A DNA stretch of 38,845 bases from a virus (IMGVR_UViG_3300031712_000052:94666-133510), one strand, 5' to 3'; positions 13,593 through 21,926 are shown, counted from the first letter of the stretch. Notes: generated from the letters alone by a model not told the origin. Numbers and translations: made by a program.

Positions 13593-13605
13593 CGAAAGGA
13601 AGTTC

Positions 13606-14166
13606 ATGAAGGCATGTTCTCTATGCGGAAAGCGTAAAGAATACTCCGATTTTCCGATCAACAAGACTAGATCTGATGGATTTGGATACATATGTAAGGA
13701 GTGTCAGAGATCATATGCAAGGAAACACTACTATGCTAATAGACAGTACTACAGGGATAAGGCCAGTAAGTTGAATGGTGATCCTAGAGCGGTAGCAATG
13801 GCAAACGCACGTAGTCGTGCACATAGAAGTCGCCTAAGTGTGGCCCAGTTAATAGTACTGGACAGCAAGAAGAGTGATAGAAAACGCGGGAGGGAGAATA
13901 CACTAGAGTTAGAGCATGTGGAAGACTTGATCGCGCAAGGTTGTTCCTACTGTGGTGAAAGAAACATGAGGATGACTTTAGATCGTATTGACAACAATCT
14001 AGGGCATGTGCATGACAATGTCATAGCGGCATGTATCCGATGCAATTATTTACGAAGAGACATACCCTACTCCGCGTGGTTGATTTTGGTGCCGGCCATA
14101 CGGGAAGTAGTAAGACGTGGCTTGTTTGGTACATGGACTGGGAGGTGTGATAACACACGCAAGTAG
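13606..14166 (+). CDS. HNH-like endonuclease
   Basis: SD GAAAGGA; CxxC, YICKEC, CSYCG, TLDRIDNNLGH, CIRCN. Confidence 0.72.
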   Translation: MKACSLCGKRKEYSDFPINKTRSDGFGYICKECQRSYARKHYYANRQYYRDKASKLNGDPRAVAMANARSRAHRSRLSVAQLIVLDSKKSDRKRGRENTLELEHVEDLIAQGCSYCGERNMRMTLDRIDNNLGHVHDNVIAACIRCNYLRRDIPYSAWLILVPAIREVVRRGLFGTWTGRCDNTRK

Positions 14167-14171
14167 CTTAT

Positions 14172-14245
14172 GCCGGCATACCCCAATTGGAAGAGGGAAT
14201 AGGCCCAAACCCTATTAGTTGAGGATTCGAATTCCTCTGCCGGTA
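14172..14245 (+). tRNA. tRNA-Leu(CAA), short variable loop
   Basis: GCCGGCA/TGCCGGT, loop CCCAAAC (C33). Confidence 0.85.
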
Positions 14246-14259
14246 CAAATGGAGACATC

Positions 14260-14457
14260 ATGAACAACTGCAGAAGTGTTTTAGAGCTACTGAGATACGC
14301 TGAAGAGATGGTGATCCAAATATGTGAATTGCCACCCACCTTAGATGTGCAAGATGTGTCTGTGCAGATAGGCGGGGATGGGGTGACTGTATCGTACACA
14401 TGGAAGCCACCTACTCCAGTTGTCCGCCTGACGTTCGATATCTCGAGAGGCACTTGA
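14260..14457 (+). CDS. hypothetical protein
   Basis: 65 aa, SD GGAG. Confidence 0.45.
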   Translation: MNNCRSVLELLRYAEEMVIQICELPPTLDVQDVSVQIGGDGVTVSYTWKPPTPVVRLTFDISRGT

Positions 14458-14481
14458 CTTTACTAAACCTGTGCGTATCCT
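14454..14481 (+). promoter_or_regulatory. probable sigma70-type promoter
   Basis: TTGACT-16 nt-TATCCT, ATG 6 nt downstream at 14488. Confidence 0.45.
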
Positions 14482-14491
14482 AGACTCATGA

Positions 14492-14818
14492 TTTCGCGTC
14501 ATTAACACCGGCCCAATTACTCAGTACATCATTACTCGAGAAGACCTGCCGAGAGGCATACAAGCCGCCCAGGTCGCTCATGCAGCCGGTAGCGTTGGTA
14601 AACATCCTGCAGAGACACATGTTGTTGTCTTAGCTGCGAAGGATGAGTTCGATCTACTAGATTTGTCTACTGGACTAGTAGAGGCTGGTATAGAGCACAC
14701 AGTTGTGCGGGAGCCAGATCTGCCGTGGAATGGTCAGGCTATGGCGATAGGGTGTGGTTTGTTGAGAGACAGACGATCTATAAGAAAGGTGGTGTCGAAC
14801 CTGCCCCTACTCAAGTAG
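14492..14818 (+). CDS. peptidyl-tRNA hydrolase type 2-like protein, no in-frame ATG
   Basis: Manual translation: QYIITREDLPRGIQAAQVAHAAG...VVVLAAKDE...VVREPDLPWNGQAMAIG...SNLPLLK*; absent from ORF track. Confidence 0.72.
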   Translation, partial: FRVINTGPITQYIITREDLPRGIQAAQVAHAAGSVGKHPAETHVVVLAAKDEFDLLDLSTGLVEAGIEHTVVREPDLPWNGQAMAIGCGLLRDRRSIRKVVSNLPLLK

Positions 14819-14822
14819 TTAT

Positions 14823-14890
14823 GCGGCGGTCGTCTAAGATAGGTAGCCCTCGAAAGGGGTTGATGGTGGTATCAAATCCATCCTGCCGCA
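14823..14890 (+). tRNA. tRNA-Phe(GAA), atypical
   Basis: GCGGCGG/CTGCCGC, loop TCGAAAG (C33), shortened D-arm, irregular T-loop. Confidence 0.6.
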
Positions 14891-14895
14891 CTAAT

Positions 14896-14969
14896 GGGTC
14901 CGTGGCGCAATGATGGCGCACCAAGAGTAATGACCTTGGAGGTTGTTGGTTTGAGTCCAACCGGACCCA
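14896..14969 (+). tRNA. tRNA of undetermined identity, 9-nt anticodon loop
   Basis: GGGTCCG/CGGACCC, D-stem GCGC/GCGC, CCAAG-AGTAATGAC-CTTGG. Confidence 0.65.
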
Positions 14970-15008
14970 CAGATTTCCGATGGAGGTTAAACTAGCAAGG
15001 AGAGAATC

Positions 15009-15536
15009 ATGTCAGCTGCAACAATGGTCCTAGTACTGGATGCGGAATTCATGCCGTTGAGGATAGACCCTCTGCGGAGAGCATGGAAGAAGATCGTTCT
15101 AGGTAAGGTAGAGGTTATCCGTCACTCGCATGATCAAACTATTACAGTTTCAGGACGTGCGACACCTCTGCCTTCAGTAGTTAGGCTACTGAAGCACTTC
15201 AATCGGAACAGGATAAAGATCAAGTTCTCGAGATTGAATATATATGCCCGCGATGATTTCAGGTGTCAGTACTGTGGCGAGCAATTCATGACAGAGGACC
15301 TGACTTTCGACCACGTCTTTCCACAGAGTCGTGGCGGAAAGACAGAGTGGACGAACATTGTTTCGTGCTGTGTTCCGTGCAACCATGCCAAGGCCAACAG
15401 GACTCCTGAAGAGGCAGGCGTGCATCTGATAACGAAGCCGAGAAGGCCATACTTTGTACCAGTGACAGATGTACGTATGGACCTGAGGCACAGGCCGAAG
15501 GAATGGGACGACTACTGGTACGTCAGTTTGAAGTAG
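15009..15536 (+). CDS. HNH endonuclease
   Basis: RDDFRCQYCG, LTFDHVFPQSRGG, NIVSCCVPCNHAK. Confidence 0.88.
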   Translation: MSAATMVLVLDAEFMPLRIDPLRRAWKKIVLGKVEVIRHSHDQTITVSGRATPLPSVVRLLKHFNRNRIKIKFSRLNIYARDDFRCQYCGEQFMTEDLTFDHVFPQSRGGKTEWTNIVSCCVPCNHAKANRTPEEAGVHLITKPRRPYFVPVTDVRMDLRHRPKEWDDYWYVSLK

Positions 15537-15540
15537 GGCT

Positions 15541-15576
15541 AAAAAAGAGACTCCACGGGCTTTGGGCCCGTGGAGT
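15541..15576 (-). terminator. intrinsic terminator between convergent genes
   Basis: 11-bp stem 15550-15560/15566-15576 with A6 tract 5' (U-tract on minus strand). Confidence 0.65.
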
Positions 15577-15604
15577 ACTCTGCTTGTGCTTCTTTAGCCT
15601 ACCT

Positions 15605-15904
15605 CTACAGATGCCCGTCGTCTGGATGATCGAGTGGAATCAAGCTGCTAGAATCAAGTGGGGCCAAGATGTTGGAATCATCGGAGCCATCCGCTTCTTC
15701 AAGCTGCGTGTCATCTACTGGCTCTAGACATTCCTTCAAGGTTGCCGGAATCACCTTTCCATTCTGATCAACCCTTTCTGGTCTTGTGAAATTCCACAAC
15801 TCACCAGCTGGAGTTGTAACTGTCCAGATGCCCACAACTTCTCGTATGTGACATCCCTTACTCTCCAACTCGTCTCTAAGCACTTTTTTGATGTCCATGT
15901 TCAT
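15605..15904 (-). CDS. hypothetical protein
   Basis: 99 aa, coupled to upstream minus ORF. Confidence 0.55.
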   Translation of the reverse strand: MNMDIKKVLRDELESKGCHIREVVGIWTVTTPAGELWNFTRPERVDQNGKVIPATLKECLEPVDDTQLEEADGSDDSNILAPLDSSSLIPLDHPDDGHL

Positions 15905-16155
15905 GCCCTCGCTGCAGTCCTATCCACACGGTACAGGTGGGGCAGGAGTGCTTCTAGACTCCGAATGTTGTTGAGTGCTTTGGTCAGACTCTCCCTTCGT
16001 TTACCCTCACTTCCTGTGGCGGCCTCATTCAGGTGTTTCCTGGTGATAGGCACCAGCTTGTGATCAGGGGTTCTAATGGTTTCGAACAGCCTGAACTTGT
16101 CCTCCGCGTCTGATAGATCTATGGCAAGCTTTCTGATCAAATCTGGTTCTGGCAT
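15901..16155 (-). CDS. hypothetical protein
   Basis: 84 aa, SD GGAGG on minus strand. Confidence 0.55.
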   Translation of the reverse strand: MPEPDLIRKLAIDLSDAEDKFRLFETIRTPDHKLVPITRKHLNEAATGSEGKRRESLTKALNNIRSLEALLPHLYRVDRTAARA

Positions 16156-16262
16156 AGAGTTCCTCCACTGTTCTTATCCCAGAATATGTGTAAGTTTGAC
16201 ACAGTGCAATTAGACGCAGTCTAATTGCAGCGCGTTAGACTTTGTTGTGATATGCTGGCGGC

Positions 16263-16643
16263 ATGGCACAAACCACTCGTCCCAAGGTACTGGCAGTTGA
16301 TCTAGACGGTACTCTCCTCGAAGATGATCACCCAGACTTGGGAAAACCCATACCTGGTGTTGTAGCAGTTCTACGTGCTGTAAGAGCGGCTGGCTGGAAG
16401 ATTACAGTTTGGACTGTCCGAGATGAGGATGCGGAGGTAAGGAAGCATCTCAAAGCTGCTGATGTACCTTTCGACTACATCAACGAGAATCCTTTTGGTC
16501 CGACGAACGGAAGCAGGAAGATCTATGCGGATGTCTACCTAGACAACCATGCTATCCAGTTCAACGGGGAGACTAGAGGACTGGCGGAAGAGATCATAAA
16601 CTTCAAGTCTTGGGAGAAGAGAAACCCTGTGTCAGGAGAGTAG
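16263..16643 (+). CDS. HAD-superfamily phosphatase-like protein
   Basis: DLDGT motif I, WT motif II, K..ADVYLD; TGnTATGCT 6 nt before ATG. Confidence 0.78.
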   Translation: MAQTTRPKVLAVDLDGTLLEDDHPDLGKPIPGVVAVLRAVRAAGWKITVWTVRDEDAEVRKHLKAADVPFDYINENPFGPTNGSRKIYADVYLDNHAIQFNGETRGLAEEIINFKSWEKRNPVSGE

Positions 16644-16720
16644 TTTCTGATGTTGACCTGGGTGGGCGCGTAGAGGGATACTAATGTCGTACGTTTTCGA
16701 CTGTTGAGAAGGAGCGAAAC

Positions 16721-17089
16721 ATGAACTCAAGACTGCAGCACATCCTGACCTTGCTAGGCGTCATTGCTATTCCAGTACTCACCATTTGGCAAAGTGGCTC
16801 TGATCTGGCTGCAAAAATAGCCATGTCGGTTGCCACCGCACTGGCTCTGTGGTTTGACCCAGCACAACGCAAACAGATTTATCAGATCGCTCTTGGTGCA
16901 CTAGCAATTCTAGGTCCTGTGGGTGTCATACTACTCACACATGTGACCCCAGGTTCTGCAGTGTGGGGCTACATAAGCATTGCACTGGCTGTCTTCACGA
17001 ACTTGACGAAGGCATTTACCGGGCAGGACTCCGCTAGTAAGCCTTTGGCAGCTGTTGGAGTATCGTCTACAGAACAACCGGGCAGATAG
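16721..17089 (+). CDS. small membrane protein (holin-like)
   Basis: About four hydrophobic segments in 122 aa; SD AAGGAG. Confidence 0.6.
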   Translation: MNSRLQHILTLLGVIAIPVLTIWQSGSDLAAKIAMSVATALALWFDPAQRKQIYQIALGALAILGPVGVILLTHVTPGSAVWGYISIALAVFTNLTKAFTGQDSASKPLAAVGVSSTEQPGR

Positions 17090-17091
17090 CC

Positions 17092-17586
17092 ATGAAAACA
17101 CTACGAATCACATTGATGGTCTCATCTCTGGTGGGGTTGTTCATATGCATTCTAGGAATGACTGGCTGTCCTCAGCCGCCAGTTCCTACACCAGTTCCAG
17201 GACCCACACCAGCCTACGATGCTGCTCCTGCACCAGTGGCAGACGCGGCTTCTGACGTGTCAGAAGCCGATGTAGTACCGCCTTTACTGGATGCTTTTAT
17301 TCTTGCAACGGCAGATTGTGGTATGGCAAGTGTGAAGAATTCTCTATCTACATCCAGGCCGCCAGTAGAGACATGTCTCATACTGCCCGCTCTTGATGTT
17401 GCTAGACAGTGTTTACTGAAGATGATGCCTACCTGGTCTCTAGATGCGATAGTGTGCTCCGTAAGATCTGTAGGCATGTCAGCATTCAAAGCCCAGGCAG
17501 CTGGATTAGCTACAACATCTCTGCTGTTGGAAGCCTCCATGTCCAGAATGTTCATCGTGGCAGAGAAGTTCTCCATCAGAAACTGA
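17092..17586 (+). CDS. predicted lipoprotein
   Basis: Signal peptide ending MTGC, Pro/Ala-rich linker. Confidence 0.62.
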   Translation: MKTLRITLMVSSLVGLFICILGMTGCPQPPVPTPVPGPTPAYDAAPAPVADAASDVSEADVVPPLLDAFILATADCGMASVKNSLSTSRPPVETCLILPALDVARQCLLKMMPTWSLDAIVCSVRSVGMSAFKAQAAGLATTSLLLEASMSRMFIVAEKFSIRN

Positions 17587-17593
17587 GGAATTT

Positions 17594-18400
17594 ATGGAAA
17601 CTCCTATGATCTCCAGATGTCTTGGTAAGAAGCCGTATGTCAAGGACTCAAAGGATAGAGCACTAAAGGATTACCTAGACAAACGCATTCTGGCAAATCA
17701 GGTACCGGCTGCCTTGAATATGGCTACCTGCTTCGCAGCTCCTGATGGTAGCCAGCCTGCCTGGGACTCAGATCCTTTGGGCAATGATAGGGCTGGAGAT
17801 TGTGTATTCGCAGGCCCTGGCCATATGACGACCCTAGTAGGAGCCCTTACTGGTAAACAGTCAGTGGTAACGGCTAACATGGTTCTGTCTATCTATTCGA
17901 AGCTCACTGGGTATGATCCAGTGAGCGGAAACAATGATGATGGGTATGTCCTCAGAGATATGTTGAACTATTGGAAGGGCACTGGACTGTACGGCCACAA
18001 GATACTGTGCTTTGCGTCCGTGAACTACAAAGATCCTGACGAAGTGGCTATTGCCCAGTGGCTGGGGTGTGGAGTACTAGGAGGTTTTCGACTACCACTT
18101 GCTTCACAGAACCAGACGGATGCCCAGGGTAAGCAACTGTGGCATGTACCCAAGGGTGGGTGGCCATCGGGACAGGGTCCCGGTTCTTGGGGTGGGCACT
18201 GCATTTTTATCCCAGGAACATCTCCTGGTATGGATGAGGGGAACTCCTGGGGTGATTCTACTCACTGGACGGCTGATTGGAGAAATCAGTGCTGTGATGA
18301 GATGTGGCTGGTGATTATGGATGATTGGGCAGTGCTAAACGGCAGGTCTCCAGTAGGATTCTCGCTACAAGATCTGCTCAATGATGTGGCCTCTAGATAA
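17594..18400 (+). CDS. papain-like cysteine peptidase-fold protein, copy 1
   Basis: GDCVFAG, GGHC, NSWG in Cys-His-Asn order. Confidence 0.6.
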   Translation: METPMISRCLGKKPYVKDSKDRALKDYLDKRILANQVPAALNMATCFAAPDGSQPAWDSDPLGNDRAGDCVFAGPGHMTTLVGALTGKQSVVTANMVLSIYSKLTGYDPVSGNNDDGYVLRDMLNYWKGTGLYGHKILCFASVNYKDPDEVAIAQWLGCGVLGGFRLPLASQNQTDAQGKQLWHVPKGGWPSGQGPGSWGGHCIFIPGTSPGMDEGNSWGDSTHWTADWRNQCCDEMWLVIMDDWAVLNGRSPVGFSLQDLLNDVASR

Positions 18401-18402
18401 GG

Positions 18403-19356
18403 ATGGATCAAATGAAAATTCTGAAACAAGTCTACGCACCTAGCCTGAAGAAAAACGTCGTATTCGGTCGTAAGCGTCCTGTCGCCATTGGACCACACTT
18501 GAGAGCCTCCAAATACCTGGCAGCCAATCTACCCGCTCCTCCAGCTACTTGTAGCTACACCTCGGCAGCTGCACAAGCACTAGCCCAGATGTACGGAAAT
18601 GACAGCCTCGGGGATTGTGTCATAGCTGGTGGCTACCACATCGTGGGCGTAGAAACAGGCAATGCAGGCAAGGCTTTCATTGCTACACAAAAGCAGATCA
18701 TAACAGACTATAGTGCTATAGGTGGATATGTTCCAAGTGATCCAAGTACGGATCAAGGTTGTGATGAGCCCACAGCCCTCAATTACTGGCAGAACCACGG
18801 TTTCGCGAATGGTACCAAGATACTGGGGTGGTTGTCAGTAGATCCCTCTAATCTCACCCAGGTACAGCAGGTATTGTGGCTGTTCGAGAACGTCATGTTT
18901 GGTGTTGAGATGCCGGATGCATGGGTTAACCCATTCCCCAGTGCATCCGGATTCACCTGGGGTGTGTCTGGAGCTCCAGACCCAGAGAACGGTCACTGTT
19001 TTGTGGGTGCCGGTTACAACAGTGCGGGTGTTCAGATTGATACCTGGGCCATGATGGGTACTGTTACCTGGGCAGCTCTACAGAAGTACTGTGCTGCTTC
19101 TGCTTATGGTGAGTTGTATGTCATGATCACGCCAGACCAACTGGCAAAGGGGCAGACTAAGGCTCCTAATGGTTTCGCTTGGGCAGACCTGATCAACGAC
19201 TTTAACACTCTGGGTGGACACGTACCAGTACCACCAGCTCCCACACCTCCAGCACCCACTCCAACTCCGCCAGCTCCTACACCTCCTGTGCAAGCTACAA
19301 GAACCATTGTGATCACAGGTGCGACCAAGGTGACTATTGACGGAAAAGTAGTCTGA
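18403..19356 (+). CDS. papain-like cysteine peptidase-fold protein, copy 2
   Basis: GDCVIAG, NGHC, DTWA; PAPTP linker and short C-terminal tail. Confidence 0.6.
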   Translation: MDQMKILKQVYAPSLKKNVVFGRKRPVAIGPHLRASKYLAANLPAPPATCSYTSAAAQALAQMYGNDSLGDCVIAGGYHIVGVETGNAGKAFIATQKQIITDYSAIGGYVPSDPSTDQGCDEPTALNYWQNHGFANGTKILGWLSVDPSNLTQVQQVLWLFENVMFGVEMPDAWVNPFPSASGFTWGVSGAPDPENGHCFVGAGYNSAGVQIDTWAMMGTVTWAALQKYCAASAYGELYVMITPDQLAKGQTKAPNGFAWADLINDFNTLGGHVPVPPAPTPPAPTPTPPAPTPPVQATRTIVITGATKVTIDGKVV

Positions 19357-19925
19357 TGAGGCACTACTTCTGGCTGTTGGTTGTCCTAGTATCGGCCTGC
19401 TCTACCACCAAGTACACACATGGCATTCCAAACCTGGTTCAGGTCCGCTCTGATGTGTGGAGGTCTGGGCAACCAACAACACTGGAGCAGTGGAAGTATC
19501 TGCACGATGAGCTAGGTATCAGGAACTCAGTAAAACTGGACTTTGACAGTGAGGGCACAGACGATTCTGCCAGACTGTTCGGAGTAGAGGTTTACCCGAT
19601 CAGCATTGAGCCTAGAACCGATGCTGACGCTCTAATACCCGCAGTGGTGGATGTTATAGAGAGGCCAGAACAAGATCGAATAGCAGAGCTCAAGAGGGTC
19701 GTAGGTAAGATAAAGAGTGCAAATGGATCTAGTGGTGCGTGGTTAGTACACTGCAAGAATGGCCACGATAGAACGGGCATGGCCATTGGTTTCATACGAG
19801 TGCTAGTGGATGGGTGGACTAAAAAAATGGCGTATGATGAGATGTTGGCAAGGGGTTTTCACCCAGAGTTAATAGGGCTTGTGCGGGAATGGCATGCTTT
19901 TGAGGTCACTGAAGATGGAAAGTGA
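19356..19925 (+). CDS. PTP/dual-specificity phosphatase-fold lipoprotein
   Basis: HCKNGHDRTG (HCx5R) P-loop, N-terminal VSAC lipobox. Confidence 0.8.
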   Translation: MRHYFWLLVVLVSACSTTKYTHGIPNLVQVRSDVWRSGQPTTLEQWKYLHDELGIRNSVKLDFDSEGTDDSARLFGVEVYPISIEPRTDADALIPAVVDVIERPEQDRIAELKRVVGKIKSANGSSGAWLVHCKNGHDRTGMAIGFIRVLVDGWTKKMAYDEMLARGFHPELIGLVREWHAFEVTEDGK

Positions 19926-20229
19926 ACTAAGAAACGTGTCCATAGAAGGACCCGACCTTTGGAGGGTCGGGTTCTCCTACGGAGCATTGTTTGCTATCAG
20001 GTATCTCAGTGGCCTAGTAGAGATTTGTGACACCTATTGTGATCATACGGGTGTCTACTTCACCTTGAGGAATCTAGACAAGACAAACACACTGTTTCAC
20101 ACAGGTGTTCTCAGGGGCACCAAGATAGACAGTGCGAAGTTGACCCAGCAGCCAATCCTTGTGGAGTTACCGAGTTCCACGAGCCCCACGAGTCTGCCAG
20201 TCTGTGACGGACACTATATCTTCCAGTAG
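19915..20229 (+). CDS. hypothetical protein
   Basis: ATG 19915 overlapping previous stop. Confidence 0.4.
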   Translation: MESELRNVSIEGPDLWRVGFSYGALFAIRYLSGLVEICDTYCDHTGVYFTLRNLDKTNTLFHTGVLRGTKIDSAKLTQQPILVELPSSTSPTSLPVCDGHYIFQ

Positions 20230-21066
20230 CCTAGCCAGATTGGTCTGACAGGTATTGATGGCGTTGCCATCTAAGTCACGTAGTGCCAGCACTACCTCAT
20301 CAGTCAGATTCTTTCGCAGGTCGTCTGACAGTGTGGCCAGTTCATGAGATCTAACTACCACCATGTCAAACATGCGTACGGCAGCTTTAGTGTGTTTGGG
20401 GTCACCATCTTCACTAGGGGCAGCATCTTCTGTTAGTTTGCGCCTACTGGTTTGTCTTTCTGTCTCTGCGATCATCTTTGGCAGTTCTTTGCTCTGCTCT
20501 TCTTTGTCCATAGCTGACAGGACAGTTGCCTGCCTCTTAGTGATGTCTCCATCTTCGTAAGCTGCGCGAGCCTCCTTGATCAGGTTCTTTACAGCCAAGG
20601 CACGATCTACCGTAGACCGACTGACCTTGGCGTCCTTGGCCACCTCTGCTACGACCTCACTAGTGTGTACTGGCTTGTCCTTTGGTCCTTCTAGCTCCAT
20701 CTTCTTTTTCTTCAGCTCTACAAGCCTTCTGAGGGCCGCATCTTGTTCGGCAGAAGTCATGTCCTCTCTTTGCATATTTTCGTAGATGGACACTTCAGCT
20801 GCCTCGATATCCCCCAGATCTTTCACGAGGCATGGTACTGTCTTCAGCTTGAACTTCCTGGCGGCTAAGAATCTACGTTCACCAGCGATATACTCGAAGC
20901 CCTTTCCTTTGGGGCTTTTGACTACTGTGATCGGATGAATCATCCCCACCTCTTGGATGCTTCTTCCTAGATCTTCTATGCGCTCTTGATCTATCTCCCT
21001 CTTCCAGTGGTGCTTGCTCTCTCGAATTTCACCTGTCGGTATCTCCTTGAGCTTCATCTTCGGCAT
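20167..21066 (-). CDS. ParB/Spo0J-like protein
   Basis: LGRSIQEVGMIHPITV, IAGERRFLAA, ENMQREDM, HTH. Confidence 0.88.
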   Translation of the reverse strand: MPKMKLKEIPTGEIRESKHHWKREIDQERIEDLGRSIQEVGMIHPITVVKSPKGKGFEYIAGERRFLAARKFKLKTVPCLVKDLGDIEAAEVSIYENMQREDMTSAEQDAALRRLVELKKKKMELEGPKDKPVHTSEVVAEVAKDAKVSRSTVDRALAVKNLIKEARAAYEDGDITKRQATVLSAMDKEEQSKELPKMIAETERQTSRRKLTEDAAPSEDGDPKHTKAAVRMFDMVVVRSHELATLSDDLRKNLTDEVVLALRDLDGNAINTCQTNLARLLEDIVSVTDWQTRGARGTR

Positions 21067-21167
21067 TTCGGGCTCCTTGTATCGGTTTGGGGTTTGTTGT
21101 ATCTTACACGTGTTGGCAGAACATCCTAGGGTTGTCCTAGGGCGAAGTCCAACCGGAGGAACAAATC

Positions 21168-21923
21168 ATGTACAGAAATCAGATTGAGCTAGAGGTACGT
21201 GTTCATGGTAACCCAGCTCGAGAGTACGTAGATCGTGAGGGTACGACGTGGGTGGAGGGACGGGAGGGTAGTGAGTACATCCTACGTGTGGTCAATCAGA
21301 CCTACGGTAGGGTTCTGGTAGTTACTAGTGTGGATGGGTTGTCTGTGATGGATGGGAAGGCAGCTAGCCTGAGCTCAGATCAAGGCTACATCCTTGGGGC
21401 TAGGGATAGCATGGCTATCCCTGGCTGGAGACTAGATAACGATAGCGTGGCAAAGTTCAAATTCGGAAAAGCTGGTAGTAGCTACGCTTCTGTTTCTGGA
21501 CACCCTATGGACATCGGCGTGATCGGATGTGCTGTGTTCCTGGAGCAGTATGTGCCACCTCGTAACTACGAACCCTTCACCAAGAAGTACATGCATGACC
21601 CAGGTCAAGTGATATGTCGCATGGGTCCCACATTTGGTGCAGCTTGCTTCAACATGTCAGCAGAGTCCGTTTCTATGGCTGCGGATTGTGCAGCACCCTC
21701 GCTAGGAACAGCGTTTGGTGAGAAAACCGGGCATAGGGTCACCGAGACCACCTTCACGCGCCAGGAGCCAGCTCACGAGGTTCTGAGCGTACGCTATGGC
21801 ACCAGGGAGGAGCTGATACGGCATGGGATAGACCTGAATCAAAGGCCAGTGGTAGGCAGGGCACCCAATCCATTCCCGGCTGATAGGGGGTGTGTACCAC
21901 CTTCAGGCTGGTCAGGGCGCTAA
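21168..21923 (+). CDS. hypothetical protein
   Basis: 251 aa, SD GGAGG. Confidence 0.7.
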   Translation: MYRNQIELEVRVHGNPAREYVDREGTTWVEGREGSEYILRVVNQTYGRVLVVTSVDGLSVMDGKAASLSSDQGYILGARDSMAIPGWRLDNDSVAKFKFGKAGSSYASVSGHPMDIGVIGCAVFLEQYVPPRNYEPFTKKYMHDPGQVICRMGPTFGAACFNMSAESVSMAADCAAPSLGTAFGEKTGHRVTETTFTRQEPAHEVLSVRYGTREELIRHGIDLNQRPVVGRAPNPFPADRGCVPPSGWSGR

Positions 21924-21926
21924 TCC

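Noticed and set aside
463-14913. Many track ORFs overlapping tRNAs or antisense to real genes (e.g. 463-699, 545-814, 3482-4150, 12879-13466, 13345-13593)
   Set aside because: They are by-products of tRNA sequence or shadow frames, with no SD or family motifs
19228-19290. CCAGCTCC/PAPTP repeats
   Set aside because: Ordinary proline-rich interdomain linker
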